A stretch of DNA of 64,000 nucleotides from an uncultured Gemmatimonadales bacterium (GCA_963739455.1 CAVUAK010000002.1:64001-128000); one strand, 5' to 3'. Positions 17,800-32,235 are shown, counted from the first letter of the stretch. A program made the numbers and translations. Notes: generated by a model not told the origin, from the sequence alone.

Positions 17800-20265
17800 T
17801 CAGTGCGGGTTGGCGGGAGGCAGCTCGAGCACCGCCCGCAGCTCCTCGAAGGCGCGCCCGAAGGCGGTGAAATCACCCCGCCGGAATGCCGAGTCGGCCA
17901 CCCGGAACCAGCGGCGGGCATCGACCAGGGCACCGCCGGCCGGCGCGCCTGGGGGCGAGTGGTACCGTGGCGCCCCGCAGGTTGGTCCACGCCTCCGCGA
18001 AGGTGCGGGCAGCGCCCACCCGCGGACCGCTGGCGACACTGACCCACGTGACCGACGACCCGCCGCCGCCCCGCGGTCCGTAGCGCGACTGCGTCGCACC
18101 CACCGCACCGGACGAGACCCAGTAGCGGACTCCGCCGGCGCTGAGCACGCCACCTCCGGCGCGCACCGAGTCCAGCACCTGCACGAACATCGGGAAGCGC
18201 TCCCATCTCTGCTCCAGCGCGGCGGGACCCGGCAGCGCCAACGGTGGAATCGATCTCGATGCGCGTCAGCCCGAGGCGGCCCTGCGACGCTGCTGCCGAC
18301 GAGGAGCGTCTGCAGCTGGCCCGTCGCGCCGCGTACGTACTCCGCGGTGCGCGCCGGTCCGTCGGTGCCTGGCGGCGTCCAGAAGAAACTGGAGACCGGC
18401 GGCGTGATCGCGGAGCGAGTCGGCGCGCCCGGCAAGCAGGCCGACATCGGCATGCTCGAGGATGCGGGACTGCACCAGGAACAGCTGGGCCGGATACGGC
18501 AGCATCGCGCGCAACGTGGCCGGCACCGAGTCCCACGGCTCCACGACCTCCTCGGCGAGCTTGATCCACGCGTCGGCCACCGGGCCGCCATCGGGCCGCG
18601 CATAGATGTGCGTCTCGCCCTCCTCCGCCTCCACCACCCCGACGAACGCGGCGTGCAGCATGCCGACCTTCCGGCTCGCCGAGACGCACCCGCGTGGACA
18701 GGGGGAAGTTCTCGTCGACCAGGTAGCCATCGGAAACCCAGAACAGCTGCCCGCCGTCGACCCGCGGCACCGGCGGTGCCCACTCGGCATACGGCGCGAG
18801 CGTCGCGAGGCGGGCCTGGGGCGTGCGCGCCCAGTCCACCGCCACATCGGGCGCTGGCGCGCCGAGCAGCCTGCGCTCCTGCAGCGCCCACGCCAGCGCG
18901 ATGCGCCGCAGCAGGCCGCCCACCGGCACGCCGCGCACGTCATCGGCGATCACGACGCGAGCCGCGCCGGGGTACAGCGCATGATCCGAGAGTGCGAGCA
19001 ATGCGGCCGGGGCCGGCGCCGGGATGGAATCGTCGAGGTGATAGAAGAGCGGCCCGCCGGTGGCGGACGTGCGATCGTCGGCCACCGCGCGGAGTGACGC
19101 CGCGCTGTCGCGGCTCGTCACCAGGAGCAGCCACGCTGGTCGGCGACCGGCGGGCGTCGTGAGCCACGCGGGGTCGGCGGCGGCAGTGAGCAGCGAATCG
19201 GCATCACCGATGCGCACCAGCGGTTCCGTCTGCCAGAGCGACGGCCACGCGGGTGGCGTACCGGCATCCGGTCCAGGGCACTGCGAGCGAGTCGCGCAAC
19301 GAGCCGAGCTGGAACGCCGCGGCATCGAGCGAGCGTCGGCTGGCCGTGTCACCCAGGGCCACGTCGCCCGGTACCACGAGCGACCCCACGGCGATGCGTG
19401 TCAGCAGCCAGCCGACTCCCAGCACGGCCCAGCCCGCCAGCAGCAGGAAGTTGAGCTTGAGCACTGACGTGCGCACCGCCCACAGCAGCGACACCATCGC
19501 CACCATGAGCGCGGTGCCAGCCAGTGCCGGCGACGTGAGCGTGGCGAGCTGGAACTGCCTGGTGCCCACGTCGCCCAGCGTGCCGGCCACGAGGTGATAC
19601 GGCTCGAGCAGGAGGCCCCATCCGAGCACCAGCGCAAGCGCGCCAAGCAACCAGCCGAGGTGACGGCGCGTGTGGTCGCTGATCGCGGGGCGTCCATCGA
19701 TCCACCGGATGGCACCGATCACGGCATAGAGCAGCACCACGACCACCAGGCCGGCGAGCGTCAGTGCGAGGGCATACGCCTGCAGGAGTGACCAGAGCGG
19801 GAGCTGGGCGATATACAGGCCGACGTCATGGCCGAGGATGGGTTCCGTGAGGTCGAACTGCACGCCCTGCCATGCCAGGGCGATCACCCGCCAGTACCGG
19901 GAGACATCGCCACCGGTGATGAGCCCGAGGACCAGCCCGAGCACGACGGTACCCGCGAGGAGCGTGCGCTGCGTCAGCGCCTCGCGCACCTCGAGATTGG
20001 CGATCTGCCGGGAGACCTCGACGCCGCCGATCGCGCGGTAGACCACCAGGAGGTTGCCGGTGAACCACGCCGTGGCGATGACGACGCCGGCGAGGTCGAG
20101 CGTGAGGCGGAGGAGGTTGACGTCGGTGAGGAACTGCGCGGCAGCCGGCGAGATCGCCAGGCCCCACCAGCGATCGGCCAGTGTGGTCGCGGTCCATCGC
20201 CCGGCGAACAGTGCCAGGGCAAGTATCCCTGCGGCGAGCAGGGCCCGCCGCATGCCGTTGGACAT
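17800..20265 (-). CDS. UPF0182-like membrane protein, several frameshifts
   Basis: QFDLTEPILGHDVGLYIAQLP. C-terminal ADSAFRRGDFTAFGRAFEELR. Internal pieces FWVSDGY and MLPYPAQLF are spread over 4-5 ORFs. Confidence 0.75.
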
Positions 20266-20272
20266 GCGACCG

Positions 20273-21644
20273 CTAGGCGCTGACCCCCTGCTCCGCGAGC
20301 CAGTGCATGACTTCCGCCTGGTACGCTTCCAGGGCGGCTGGCTCGGTCGCCTCGAAGCGGAGCACGAGGATCGGCTGGGTATTGGACGACCGGATCAATC
20401 CCCATCCCTTGGGGAAGGTCATGCGAACCCCATCGATGGTGTTGACCGGATAGCGGGCGCTGAAGTGCTTCACGGCGCGCTCGGTGATGCTGAACTTCAC
20501 GTCGTCGGGGCAATCCACCCGGAGCTCCGGCGTTGCGAACGTCCTGGGCAGGTCGGCAAGCAGCGGAGCCAGCCCGCGCTTGCCCGCGGCTCACGATTTC
20601 GAGCAGGCGAGCTGCGGCGAACAGCGCGTCGTCGAAACCGAAGTAGTCGCCGCCGAAGAACATGTGCCCGCTCATCTCGCCCGCGAGCGGTGCATGCACC
20701 TCCTTCATGCGCGCCTTGATGAGCGAGTGGCCGGTCTTCCACATCTCCGGGCGCGCGCCCGCCGCGACCAGCGCCTGCGGCAGCACCTCGGAGCACTTCA
20801 CGTCGAACACCACCGGGGTGCCGGGCCCGAAGCGGAGCACCGCGTCGCGGCCGTACAGCACCAGCAACTGGTCGCCGTAGAGGATCTCGCCCGTCTCGTC
20901 CACTGCACCGATGCGGTCGGCATCGCCATCGAATGCAATGCCGAGTTCGGTCCCGTGACGCCGCACCTCGGCCTGCAGGTCGCGCAGGTTCTCGGGCACC
21001 GTGGGGTCGGGATGATGGTTCGGGAAGGTGCCATCCGACTCGCAGAAGAGCGGCGTCACCTCGGCGCCGAGCTTCCGCAGGGTCTCCACGGCGATGACAC
21101 TGCCTGCGCCGTTGCCGCAATCCACCACCACGCTCACCGGCCGCTCGAGCTTGTGCCGTGCCACGATCGCGTCCCGGTAGCGTGGCAGCACCGTGCCGTT
21201 CGCCGTCTCGCGGCCCTCTCCCGTCCGCCAGCGCTCGGTGACGATTGCTTCCCACAGGGCGATGATGTGATCACCGTGCATCGACCCGCCGGTGAGCACC
21301 ATCTTGAAGCCGTTGAACTCCGGCGGATTGTGCGAGCCCGTCACCTGGCACCCGCCGTCGACGCCCAGGTCCTGCACCGCGAAATACAGCGCCGGGGTGG
21401 GCAGGAGCCCCACGTCGACCGCGGTGCCGCCGGCATCGACAATGCCCTGGCGGAACCCGGCCGCGAGCGCGAAGCCGGACGGACGGTTGTCGCGACCCAC
21501 CGCGAGCACCGGTGCATGTCCGCAGTGATCCCAGGCGGCGCTCGCGAACGCCCGCCCGAGCGCGCGCGCAAATGCCGGCGTCAGCTCGGCGTCGACGAGA
21601 CCGCGCACGTCATACTGCCGGAACACTCCCTTCGGGACGTTCAT
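20273..21644 (-). CDS. Phosphomannomutase/phosphoglucomutase, frameshift near 20580
   Basis: FRQYDVRG, TGSHNP, FDGDADR, GEMSGH. C-terminal WGLIRSSNTQP in ORF 20273..20518. Confidence 0.93.
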
Positions 21645-23147
21645 CGGTCACCCAGCGATGGTGGACGGGACTCGGCGCTCAACTGCTCCGCCGCCGAGCG
21701 GGCGAGGTCCACGACCTTCCGTGGCCACACACCGAAAAGCAGGTTCACGAGCACCGCGGCGGCAACGATGGCCTTGGCGGCGCGGGAGAAGAGCACCTGG
21801 CGGTGTGCATCAGGGGTACGCTCCGGCTTCATTGTCATCGCCATGACGACGGGCAGGTAGTAGCCGAGGGACAACAGGCTGCCGATGCCCATGACGACGG
21901 CCAGCAGCAGCTGGTTCCGGTCGATGGCAGCGGTCATGAGGTACCACTTGCCGATGAACCCGAAGGTGCCGGGAAAGCCGAGGAGCGACAGCAGGCAGAC
22001 GCCCATGGAGAGCGCACCCCAGGGCCGGACCCGGAAGAAGCCTTCCACGTCTTCCAGCATCACGGTGCGTGACCCCACCCGCTCGACAGCCGTGATGATG
22101 CCGAAGGTCGCCAGCGACGTGATGCTGTAGGCGATGAGGTAGAGCAGCACTGCTGCGCGGCCCAGGTCGGTGGCAGTCCATACGCCGACCAGCAGGTACC
22201 CCGCATGCGCTATCGAGCTGTAGGCCAGCATCCGCTTGAGCGACCCCTGTGCCAGCGCCACCACGTTTCCGACGATCATGGAGGCCACCGCCAGCACGGC
22301 GACGATCGGCTGCCAGAGCTCGGTGAACGCCGGGAAGGCGTCGGCGAGCACCCGTACCAGGGCCACGAACGCTGCCGTCTTGACGGCGGTGGCCATGAAG
22401 CCGGTGATCGGCGTGGGCGCGCCGTCGTAGACGTCCGGCGCCCACATGTGGAACGGCACCGCGGCAGCCTTGAACCCGAAACCGACCAGCAGGAGTGCCA
22501 GCCCCATGCGCGCCAGCAGCGACGTGTCGCTGCCCGCGAACTGCGCGCCGATGAGCACGTAGTTCGTCTGCCCCGTGGCGCCGTACACCAGCGCGATGCC
22601 GTAGAGCAGGAACGCCGACGCGAAGGCACCGACGAGGAAGTACTTGAGCGCCGCCTCCGCCGACGAGCGGCGGAACCGGTCGAACCCGGCCAGCACGTAC
22701 ACCGAGATCGACATGATCTCGAGGCCGATGAACAGCAGGATGAAGTCGGCAGAGGCAACCATCAGTTGCATGCCGATCGCCGCAAACAGCACCAGCACGT
22801 AGTACTCGGGCGCGAGGAGGCGCTGCTTGCCGAGGAAGCGGAGCGAGAGGAGGCAGGTGGCGCCGGCGATGAAGAGGATGAGCAACTCGCTCACGAACCG
22901 GTACGCGTCCAGGTAGACCATGTGCGGCTGCCCGGCGCTCCTCGCGCCCGACTGCCACAGCCAGAGCGTGGCCGCGGCAGCACCGATCACGCCTATCACC
23001 GACAGCCAGCCGGCCAGCCGGCTGTCCCCCTCGCTGCCATGTCGCCAGGCCACCACGAGTAGCACCACCATGCGACCAGGCGGTGAGGATCACCGCCGGC
23101 AGCAGGGCAAGGGTGACGCCGGATGGCGTGAGCAGGTCGATCGGCAT
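21641..23147 (-). CDS. nuoN: NADH-quinone oxidoreductase subunit N, frameshift near 23075
   Basis: EAALKYF, FKAAAVPFHMWAPDVYDGAPTP, KRMLAYSSIAHAGY. Confidence 0.95.
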
Positions 23148-24703
23148 CAGCGGGCCTCGTCCACTGAAGCCGCGACGGGACTGGCGGGGAGGTAGGGCCG
23201 GATCGTCTCCACGTACCGCTTCGCCGCGGCCTCGGTGCGGCGCAGGATCGGCTGCGGGATACAGGCCCATCCACACCATCGCCACGATCAGCGGCACCAG
23301 GACGGCCAGCTCACGCGGGGTGGCATCCTTGAGGTCCTGGTTCTCCGGCTGGGTGATCGGGTTGAAGAACACCCGTCTGCACCGCCACCAGCAGGTACGC
23401 CGCGGAGAAGACCACGACGGTGGTGGCGATGCCCACCGCGATCGGGAAGCGGCCGAAGCTGCCGATCAGGACCAGGAACTCGCCCACGAAGCCGTTGAGT
23501 CCCGGCAGCCCGATCGAGGCGAACGCCGTGATGACGAACGCCGCCGCGAGCTTCGGCGTAACCCGCGCGAGGCCGCCATAGTCGGCCAGCAGGCGCGTAT
23601 GTCGCCGCTCGTACAGCATGCCGACGAGGAAGAACAGCGCGCCCGGTCGAGATGCCGTGCGCGATCATCACGATGATGGCGCCCTGCACGCTCGCCACCG
23701 TGCCGCCCCAGATGCCGAGCATCACGAACCCGAGGTGGCTCACCGACGAGTAGGCGATCAGCTTCTTGAGGTCGGGCTGCACCATCGACACCAGCGCGGC
23801 GTAGACGATGCCGATCACCGCCAGCGCCACGAACACCGCCGCCACCGGGCGGCTCAGCGCGAACGCCGGGAAGAACGGGATCGCGAAACGCAGGAAGCCG
23901 TACGTGCCCATCTTGAGCAGGATCACCGCGAGGTCCACGCTGCCGGCCGTGGGCGCCTCGACGTGCGCGTCCGGCAACCAGGTGTGGAACGGGAAGATCG
24001 GCACCTTTACCGCGAAGGCGAGCGCGAAGGCGCTGAAGAGCCACGGCGCGTACGGCGCCAGCAGGTCGCTGTGCCGCACCAGGTGGTCGTAGGCGAAGGA
24101 GGTCTCGCCGGTGCCCCGCGCCACGATCGTGACCATCGTGATGATGGCCACCAGCATCAGGATCGAGCCGGCGAAGGTGTACACCACGAACTTCGTGGCG
24201 GCGTAGAGCCGGTTGCTGCTGCCCCAGGTGCCGATCAGGAAGTACATCGGGATGAGCAGCAGTTCCCAGAAGCAGTAGAACAGGAAGAGGTCGAGCGAGA
24301 TGAACACGCCGATCATGCCGGTCTTGAGCGCCAGCAGCAGGGCGTAGTATCCCCGCACCTTCTGGTCGATCGCGAACCAGCTGCCCCACACCAGCAGCGG
24401 CATCATCGCCGTCGCCAGCAGGATCATGAACAGCGACAGCCCGTCGAGGCCGATGCGGTAGCTGATGCCGAGTTCCGGCAGCCACGTCATCGTGAAGGCG
24501 AACTGCATCCCGCCGTTGTCGGGGTCGAAGGCCCACCAGAGCCCGAGCGCGAGCACGAACTCCGCGATCGCCACGATCAGCGTCAGCCAGCGGGCCCAGC
24601 GCTCCGGCGCCAGGAGCACCAGCGCCACGCCCGCCATGGGAAGGAGCAGGAGCACACTGAGGATCCAGTGCGCGTAGCCGATCGAGTCGAGGAAGGCGCG
24701 CAT
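23147..24703 (-). CDS. nuoM: NADH-quinone oxidoreductase subunit M, about 3 frameshifts in 3' part
   Basis: [58 protein letters not shown]. Confidence 0.95.
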
Positions 24704-24709
24704 GCCGGC

Positions 24710-26726
<2,017 letters not shown>

Positions 26727-26727
<1 letters not shown>

Positions 26728-27032
26728 CAGCCGTGCAGCAAATTGATGTCCTGCAGGTCCAGCGTCTGGTTGTGACGGAACAAGGCCAGCATGATCGCCA
26801 GCCCGACTGCCGCCTCAGCCGCCGCCACCGTCATCACGAAGAAGACGAGGACATGCCCGCCGAAGCCGTAGTACCGGGCGAACGCCACGAACGTGAGGTT
26901 GACCGCGTTCAGCATCAGCTCCACGCACATGAAGAGGATGATGGCGTTACGGCGCAGCAGCGCCCCCAGCACCCCGATACTGAAGAGGATCCCGGAGAGC
27001 GCGAGCGTCGGGCCAAGCAGGTCGGGAGCCAT
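26727..27032 (-). CDS. nuoK: NADH-quinone oxidoreductase subunit K
   Basis: [27 protein letters not shown]. Confidence 0.97.
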
Positions 27033-27566
27033 TCAGATTCTCCGTTTCGCCAGGACCACCGCCCCGACGACCGCCGCGAGCAGCAGCACCGATGTCGCCT
27101 CGAAGGGGATCAGGTAGGCGTCGAACAGGGGGCGTGCCACGTCCAGCACGATGTTCTCCGACAGGGCGCCGGCCGGGATCGCGCCCGGGAAGCTGGTGGC
27201 GCCGGCCGGCAGCAGCTCCTGCGCGAGGCGCTCTGGCGTGTACACCCAGAGCGCGCCGAGCTCCACCGCAAGCAGTCCTGTCACCGCGACGGCGCCGCCG
27301 ATGCTCAGGGAACCCCGGAGGTCGGTGGCGGTGACGTCGAGGTTGAGCAGCATGATGACGAACAGGAAGAGCACCATCACCGCGCCGGCGTACACCAGCA
27401 CCTGGATGGCGGCCAGGAACGGCGCGTCGAGGATCACGAAGATTCCCGCCAGCGCGAACATCGTGGACACCAGCCACATGGCGGCACTCACCGGGTTGCG
27501 CCGCAGGACACACATCGCGGCCGAGATCACCGCGCCGGCGAAGAAGATCCAGAAGACGGTATGCAC
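27033..27566 (-). CDS. nuoJ: NADH-quinone oxidoreductase subunit J
   Basis: QVLVYAGAVMVLFLFVIMLL, YLIPFEATSVLLL. Confidence 0.96.
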   Translation of the reverse strand: MHTVFWIFFAGAVISAAMCVLRRNPVSAAMWLVSTMFALAGIFVILDAPFLAAIQVLVYAGAVMVLFLFVIMLLNLDVTATDLRGSLSIGGAVAVTGLLAVELGALWVYTPERLAQELLPAGATSFPGAIPAGALSENIVLDVARPLFDAYLIPFEATSVLLLAAVVGAVVLAKRRI

Positions 27567-27568
27567 CG

Positions 27569-28087
27569 CTACTCGCCCTTCGGGTCGGCGGGGTCCCAGA
27601 GCGTCGACACCGGGTGCGTCTGGGAACAGAGGCGCTCGAGGTCGTACACGAACCGCTCACGGGTGTACTCCGAGTTCTCGTAGTGCACCCCGACGTGGAT
27701 CGCCTCCTCCGGGCAGACCTCCTGGCAGTACCCGCAGAAGACACAGCGGAACTCGTCGATTTCGTAGATGAGGGGATAGCGGTTCCCCGCCTCATCCTCG
27801 CCCGGGATCAGCTTGATGCAGTTGGCGGGACAGATCTGCGGGCAAAGGCCGCAGGCCACGCACTTGGCCCTGCCCTGCTCGTCGGTGAGCATGCGATGCG
27901 TGCCGCGCCAGCGGGCCGAGATCGCCCAGGTGCCACGCTTGTCGTCGACGCTGCGCTCCTCGGGATACTGCATGGTGAACTCCTTCCGGCCCATGTGCCG
28001 GAAGGTGAGCGCCATCCCCTTGAGCGTGGCCCGGAGATAGCTCATTTCCTTCTCCGGTCGCCGCAGCACCTTCACCCCGATGGCCAT
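27569..28087 (-). CDS. nuoI: NADH-quinone oxidoreductase subunit I
   Basis: Two ferredoxin motifs, CVACGLCPQICP and CVFCGYCQEVCP. Start MAIGVK. Confidence 0.96.
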   Translation of the reverse strand: MAIGVKVLRRPEKEMSYLRATLKGMALTFRHMGRKEFTMQYPEERSVDDKRGTWAISARWRGTHRMLTDEQGRAKCVACGLCPQICPANCIKLIPGEDEAGNRYPLIYEIDEFRCVFCGYCQEVCPEEAIHVGVHYENSEYTRERFVYDLERLCSQTHPVSTLWDPADPKGE

Positions 28088-29340
28088 CAGCCCTCCACCC
28101 GTGCTGAGGCGGGACGGAGCCGGCCACCAATGAGCGGACGGTCCGTGCGCCGCGGGCCGGAGCCCTTGAGCAGGATCCCGCGGTCGACCACCACCAGGAG
28201 CAGGAACACCAGCACGGCGCTCACCCCACCGAGCCCGAGCAGCACGCCCCGGGCGGACATTCCCACGACATACTGCAGCACGTACACCGTGCTGGTGACC
28301 ACGACGATGTACCCCAGCGCCACCGGCAGCATGAACTTCCATCCCAGCGCCATCAGCTGGTCATAGCGGAATCGCGGCAGCGTCCACCGCACCCACATGA
28401 CCACGAAGATCAGCGCCGAAGTCTTGGCCGCCATTGCCACCCCTGTGGCCAGGGTCTGCAGCACTCCGGGCGTCTCGTCCCAGCTCGTGAACGGGATGTC
28501 CCATCCGCCCAGGAACAGCGCCACGGTCATCGCGCACGACGTCAGCACGTTCGCATACTCGGCAATGAAGAACATCGAGAACTTGAACGCGCTGTACTCG
28601 GTGTGGTAACCCGCCACCAGCTCAGACTCCGCTTCGGGCAGGTCGAATGGGGCCCGGTTGGTCTCCGCGAACCCCGACACGAAGAACAGGATGAAGCCGA
28701 GCGACAGGGGCACGATGTACCAGGTGCGATGCTGCCCCTCGACCAGCGCGCTGAACGACACGTTGCCGACGAGCAGCAGCACCGGTACGACGCTCAGGCC
28801 CATCGCCACTTCGTACGACACCATCTGCGCCGCCGCACGCAGTCCGCCGATCAGGCTGTACTTGCTGTTCGAGGACCACCCCGCAAGTGCGATCCCGTAC
28901 ACGCCAAGCGACGTGATCGCCAGCACGTAGAGGAACCCGACCGGCAGGTCGGTGATGGCGATGGGTGTGGTGCCGGAATGCGAAATCTGGCCGAGGATCG
29001 GCAGCGTGAAATCGAAAGTGAGCGGAAGCGGTGCCGCCCAGGGGATCACCGAGCTGATGATCAACGCCGGGACAAAGGCCATGCAGGGTGCAATGAAGAA
29101 CAGTGCGCCGTTCGAGGTCGCCGGGAAGGTCTCTTCCTTGATCAGGTTCTTGATGCCATCGGCGACGGGCTGCAGGAGACCCGCATAGCCCATGCGATTC
29201 GGGCCGATACGGTTCTGCATCCATGCCGAGACCTTCCGCTCCATCAACGTCATGTACGCCACTGCCACCATCGTGATCGTGAAGATCACGAGCAGCTTGA
29301 GGACGGAAACGAGGATGTAGCCCTTGAGCTCCGGGGTCAT
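28087..29340 (-). CDS. nuoH: NADH-quinone oxidoreductase subunit H
   Basis: ERKVSAWMQNRIGPNR, AETNRAPFDLPEAESELVAGYHTEYS, PRFRYDQLM. Confidence 0.97.
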   Translation of the reverse strand: MTPELKGYILVSVLKLLVIFTITMVAVAYMTLMERKVSAWMQNRIGPNRMGYAGLLQPVADGIKNLIKEETFPATSNGALFFIAPCMAFVPALIISSVIPWAAPLPLTFDFTLPILGQISHSGTTPIAITDLPVGFLYVLAITSLGVYGIALAGWSSNSKYSLIGGLRAAAQMVSYEVAMGLSVVPVLLLVGNVSFSALVEGQHRTWYIVPLSLGFILFFVSGFAETNRAPFDLPEAESELVAGYHTEYSAFKFSMFFIAEYANVLTSCAMTVALFLGGWDIPFTSWDETPGVLQTLATGVAMAAKTSALIFVVMWVRWTLPRFRYDQLMALGWKFMLPVALGYIVVVTSTVYVLQYVVGMSARGVLLGLGGVSAVLVFLLLVVVDRGILLKGSGPRRTDRPLIGGRLRPASARVEG

Positions 29341-30915
29341 CGCGCCGCCCCTGCGAGTTGTGCCTGCAGCACTCGCCCAGTGAAGCCGAGATCAGCGTGT
29401 GTCAGGCCGGCGAACACCGGGTAGTACTGCCCCAGCGACGCGAAGGCCTCGGCACCGGTGCCGGGCGCGTCGCTGTCCGGGCCCGGGCCGGCCAGCACTT
29501 CACCAGCTACCCACCACGCCGGGCGCGCCATGCCGGGCGCGCCCTTCGCCTGCTGGAAGAGCTGCACCCGGCCATCGCGGTTCATGTAGGTACCGTTCTC
29601 TTCCGCCATCGTGGTGAGCGGAAGCACCAGGTGGGCCTTCTGGTGCGCGTCGCTTGCCACCGTACCCATCCAGACCAGCGTGCCGTTCGCCGCCGCGATC
29701 GCCTTCTCTTCCGCAGCGGACAACTCTGCGTCCACGACGATCACGAGTCCCGCCTTCTGGATCGCGCCCAGTGCCCGCTCGGTCCCCGCCACGTAGCCGG
29801 TGAGCTCCGCTCCCCTGAGGTTGGGTACCCGCTCGCGCCTGAGCGCAAGGTTCGGGATGCCCGCGAGAGGCGCCTCGTCTCCCATCGGCACGCCGATGGC
29901 CGCAGCGACGTCGCGGCCCGCCACCAGCTGCCGTATGAGACCGAGCGACTCCGTGCTCAGCCGACCGGACGCGAGGAGCACGACCGAGCCGGTGCTCTTC
30001 TTCAGCAACTCGCCCAGCCGGTCGAGGGCGGTGTCCCAGTCGGTGGCAACCATGCGAGAGCCCTCACGCATCAGTGGCGCCTCGATGCGGTCGCCGCGGT
30101 TGAGCCAGCGATATCCTTGCCGCCCCGTGTCGCACATGAAGTGGCGGTTGACGTCGAGGTTGGGGCGCGGCCGGAATCGCACCACCACGTCGTCACGGGT
30201 ATCGATGTTGATGTTGCAGCCCTGGGTGCACCCGGGACAGACGCTCGCCGTCTTGTCGAGGTCCCAGGCCCGCGCCTTGTGCAGGAAGTCCTTCGACAGC
30301 AGCGATCCCACCGGGCAGAGGTCCACCACGTTGCCCGCCCACGGATGATCGAGCAGCTGCTCCTCGGCGATGCCGATGTATGCGCGGTCGCCCCGCTCGG
30401 ACACGTTCAGCACCGGGGCACCGGCCACGTCGTCCATGAAGCGCACGCACCGGGTGCAGAGGATGCAGCGGTTGGGCACGTACAGCACGTCCGGGCCGAA
30501 TTCCTCGACCGGGTTGAAGCGCTTCGCGTACTCCCCGTACCGCGTGCTGCCGCGGCCTTCCTGGAACACGTAGTCCTGCAACTCGCACTCTCCCGCCTGG
30601 TCGCAGATGGGGCAGTCGAGCGGGTGGTTGATCAGCAGGAACTCGAGCACGCCCTGCCGCGCGTCCTTGGCCGTGGCGCTGTTGACGTGCACCACCTGCC
30701 CCTCCGACACCTGGGTGACGCAGGCAGGCAGGAGCTTCGGGTGCCTTCTCCACCTCCACCAGGCACATCCGGCAGACCGCGGGCGACGGCAGCGACGGGT
30801 GGTAGCAATAGTGCGGCACCAGCACGCCGGCATGCTTCGCCGCCTCGATGATCATCGTGCCCGCAGGGACCGTGACTGGCATTCCGTCGATGGTGACGGT
30901 GACGTCAGCACTCAT
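29337..30915 (-). CDS. nuoG: NADH-quinone oxidoreductase subunit G (short form), +1 frameshift near 30745
   Basis: HYCYHP..CRMCLVE, NHPLDCPICDQAGECELQD, RCILCTRCVRF, LCPVG, CPGCTQGC. Confidence 0.92.
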
Positions 30916-32219
30916 ACGGCGGCCAGCACGGGGCGGCGAGCCCCGGCGATGTAGGCGTCGAACTCACCCCGGAACTTCTGGATGCCGCTGACCACCGGCG
31001 CCGCGCAGGAATCGCTCAGCACACAGATCGTCTTTCCCGTCATGTTGTCGGCCAGGTCAAGCAGGAGCTGCAGGTCGGCCTCCTTGCCGCGCCCGGAGAG
31101 GATCCGCTCGAGCACCTTCGTGGTCCACGCGGTGCCCTCGCGGCACTGCGTGCACTGGGCACACGACTCGTGGGCGTAGAACTTCGTGTAGCGCCAGATG
31201 GTCTTCACCATGTCGGTGCTGTCATCCATGACGATCACGCCACCCGACCCGAGCATCGAGCCCTTGGCCACGACCCCCTCGTAGTCCAGGAGACACTCCT
31301 CGGCTTCGGCAGCCGACATGATCGGCACCGACGAACCACCCGGGATCACCGCCTTGAGCGTGCGGCCGGGACGCATCCCACCCGCCATGTCGAAGATGAG
31401 GGCGCGCATTGGCGTCCCCATGGTCACTTCGTAGTTGCCGGGCCGCTGCACATGGCCGCATACCGACAGCAGCTTGGTGCCGGTGCTCTTCGGGCTGCTG
31501 AGCGACAACCCCTTGTACCACTCGGCGCCGCGCACCACGATGTGCGGCGTCGCGGCCAGCGTCTCCACGTTGTTGATGGTGGTTGGCATGCCGAACAGGC
31601 CCGCCTGCGCCGGGAATGGTGGCTTGATCCTCGGGTTGCCCCGCTTCCCCTCGATCGAGTTCATCATCGCGGTCTCTTCCCCGCAGATGTACGCCCCGGC
31701 GCCTCGGTGCAGCACGACGTCGATGCGCGTCCCGCTCCCGAAGACATTGGCACCGAGTGCCCCGTTGGCGTACGCCTCCTCCACCGCCTTCGTCATGATG
31801 CGCCACGGCTCGGTGAACTCGCCACGGATGTAGATGTAGATCGTCTCGGCCTGGATCGCATAGGCGGCGAGGGCACACCCCTCGATCACCGCGTGCGGCG
31901 TCCAGCGAAGGATTTCACGGTCCTTGAAGGTGCCCGGCTCCGACTCGTCGGCATTGCACACCAGGTAGTGCGGCTTGCCGTCGTCCTTCGGCATGAAGGA
32001 CCACTTGAGCCCGGTGGGGAAGCCGGCGCCACCCCGGCCGCGCAGGCCCGACGCCTTGATCACCTCGATGAGGTCCACGCGCGGCATCGCCAGCGCCTTC
32101 TTCAGCCCCGCGTACCCGCCTCGCTCCACCCAGCCCGCATAGGAGCGCGCCACAGGATCCCCGAAGTACTTCGAGAGCAGCACGGTCTCCTTTGGATGGC
32201 TCGGGTGCGGATAGCCCAT
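30912..32219 (-). CDS. nuoF: NADH-quinone oxidoreductase subunit F
   Basis: GLRGRGGAGFPTG, NADESEPG, YICGEET, ESCAQCTQCREG. Confidence 0.96.
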   Translation of the reverse strand: MGYPHPSHPKETVLLSKYFGDPVARSYAGWVERGGYAGLKKALAMPRVDLIEVIKASGLRGRGGAGFPTGLKWSFMPKDDGKPHYLVCNADESEPGTFKDREILRWTPHAVIEGCALAAYAIQAETIYIYIRGEFTEPWRIMTKAVEEAYANGALGANVFGSGTRIDVVLHRGAGAYICGEETAMMNSIEGKRGNPRIKPPFPAQAGLFGMPTTINNVETLAATPHIVVRGAEWYKGLSLSSPKSTGTKLLSVCGHVQRPGNYEVTMGTPMRALIFDMAGGMRPGRTLKAVIPGGSSVPIMSAAEAEECLLDYEGVVAKGSMLGSGGVIVMDDSTDMVKTIWRYTKFYAHESCAQCTQCREGTAWTTKVLERILSGRGKEADLQLLLDLADNMTGKTICVLSDSCAAPVVSGIQKFRGEFDAYIAGARRPVLAAV

Positions 32220-32235
32220 GGTCGCCTCGTGTTCC

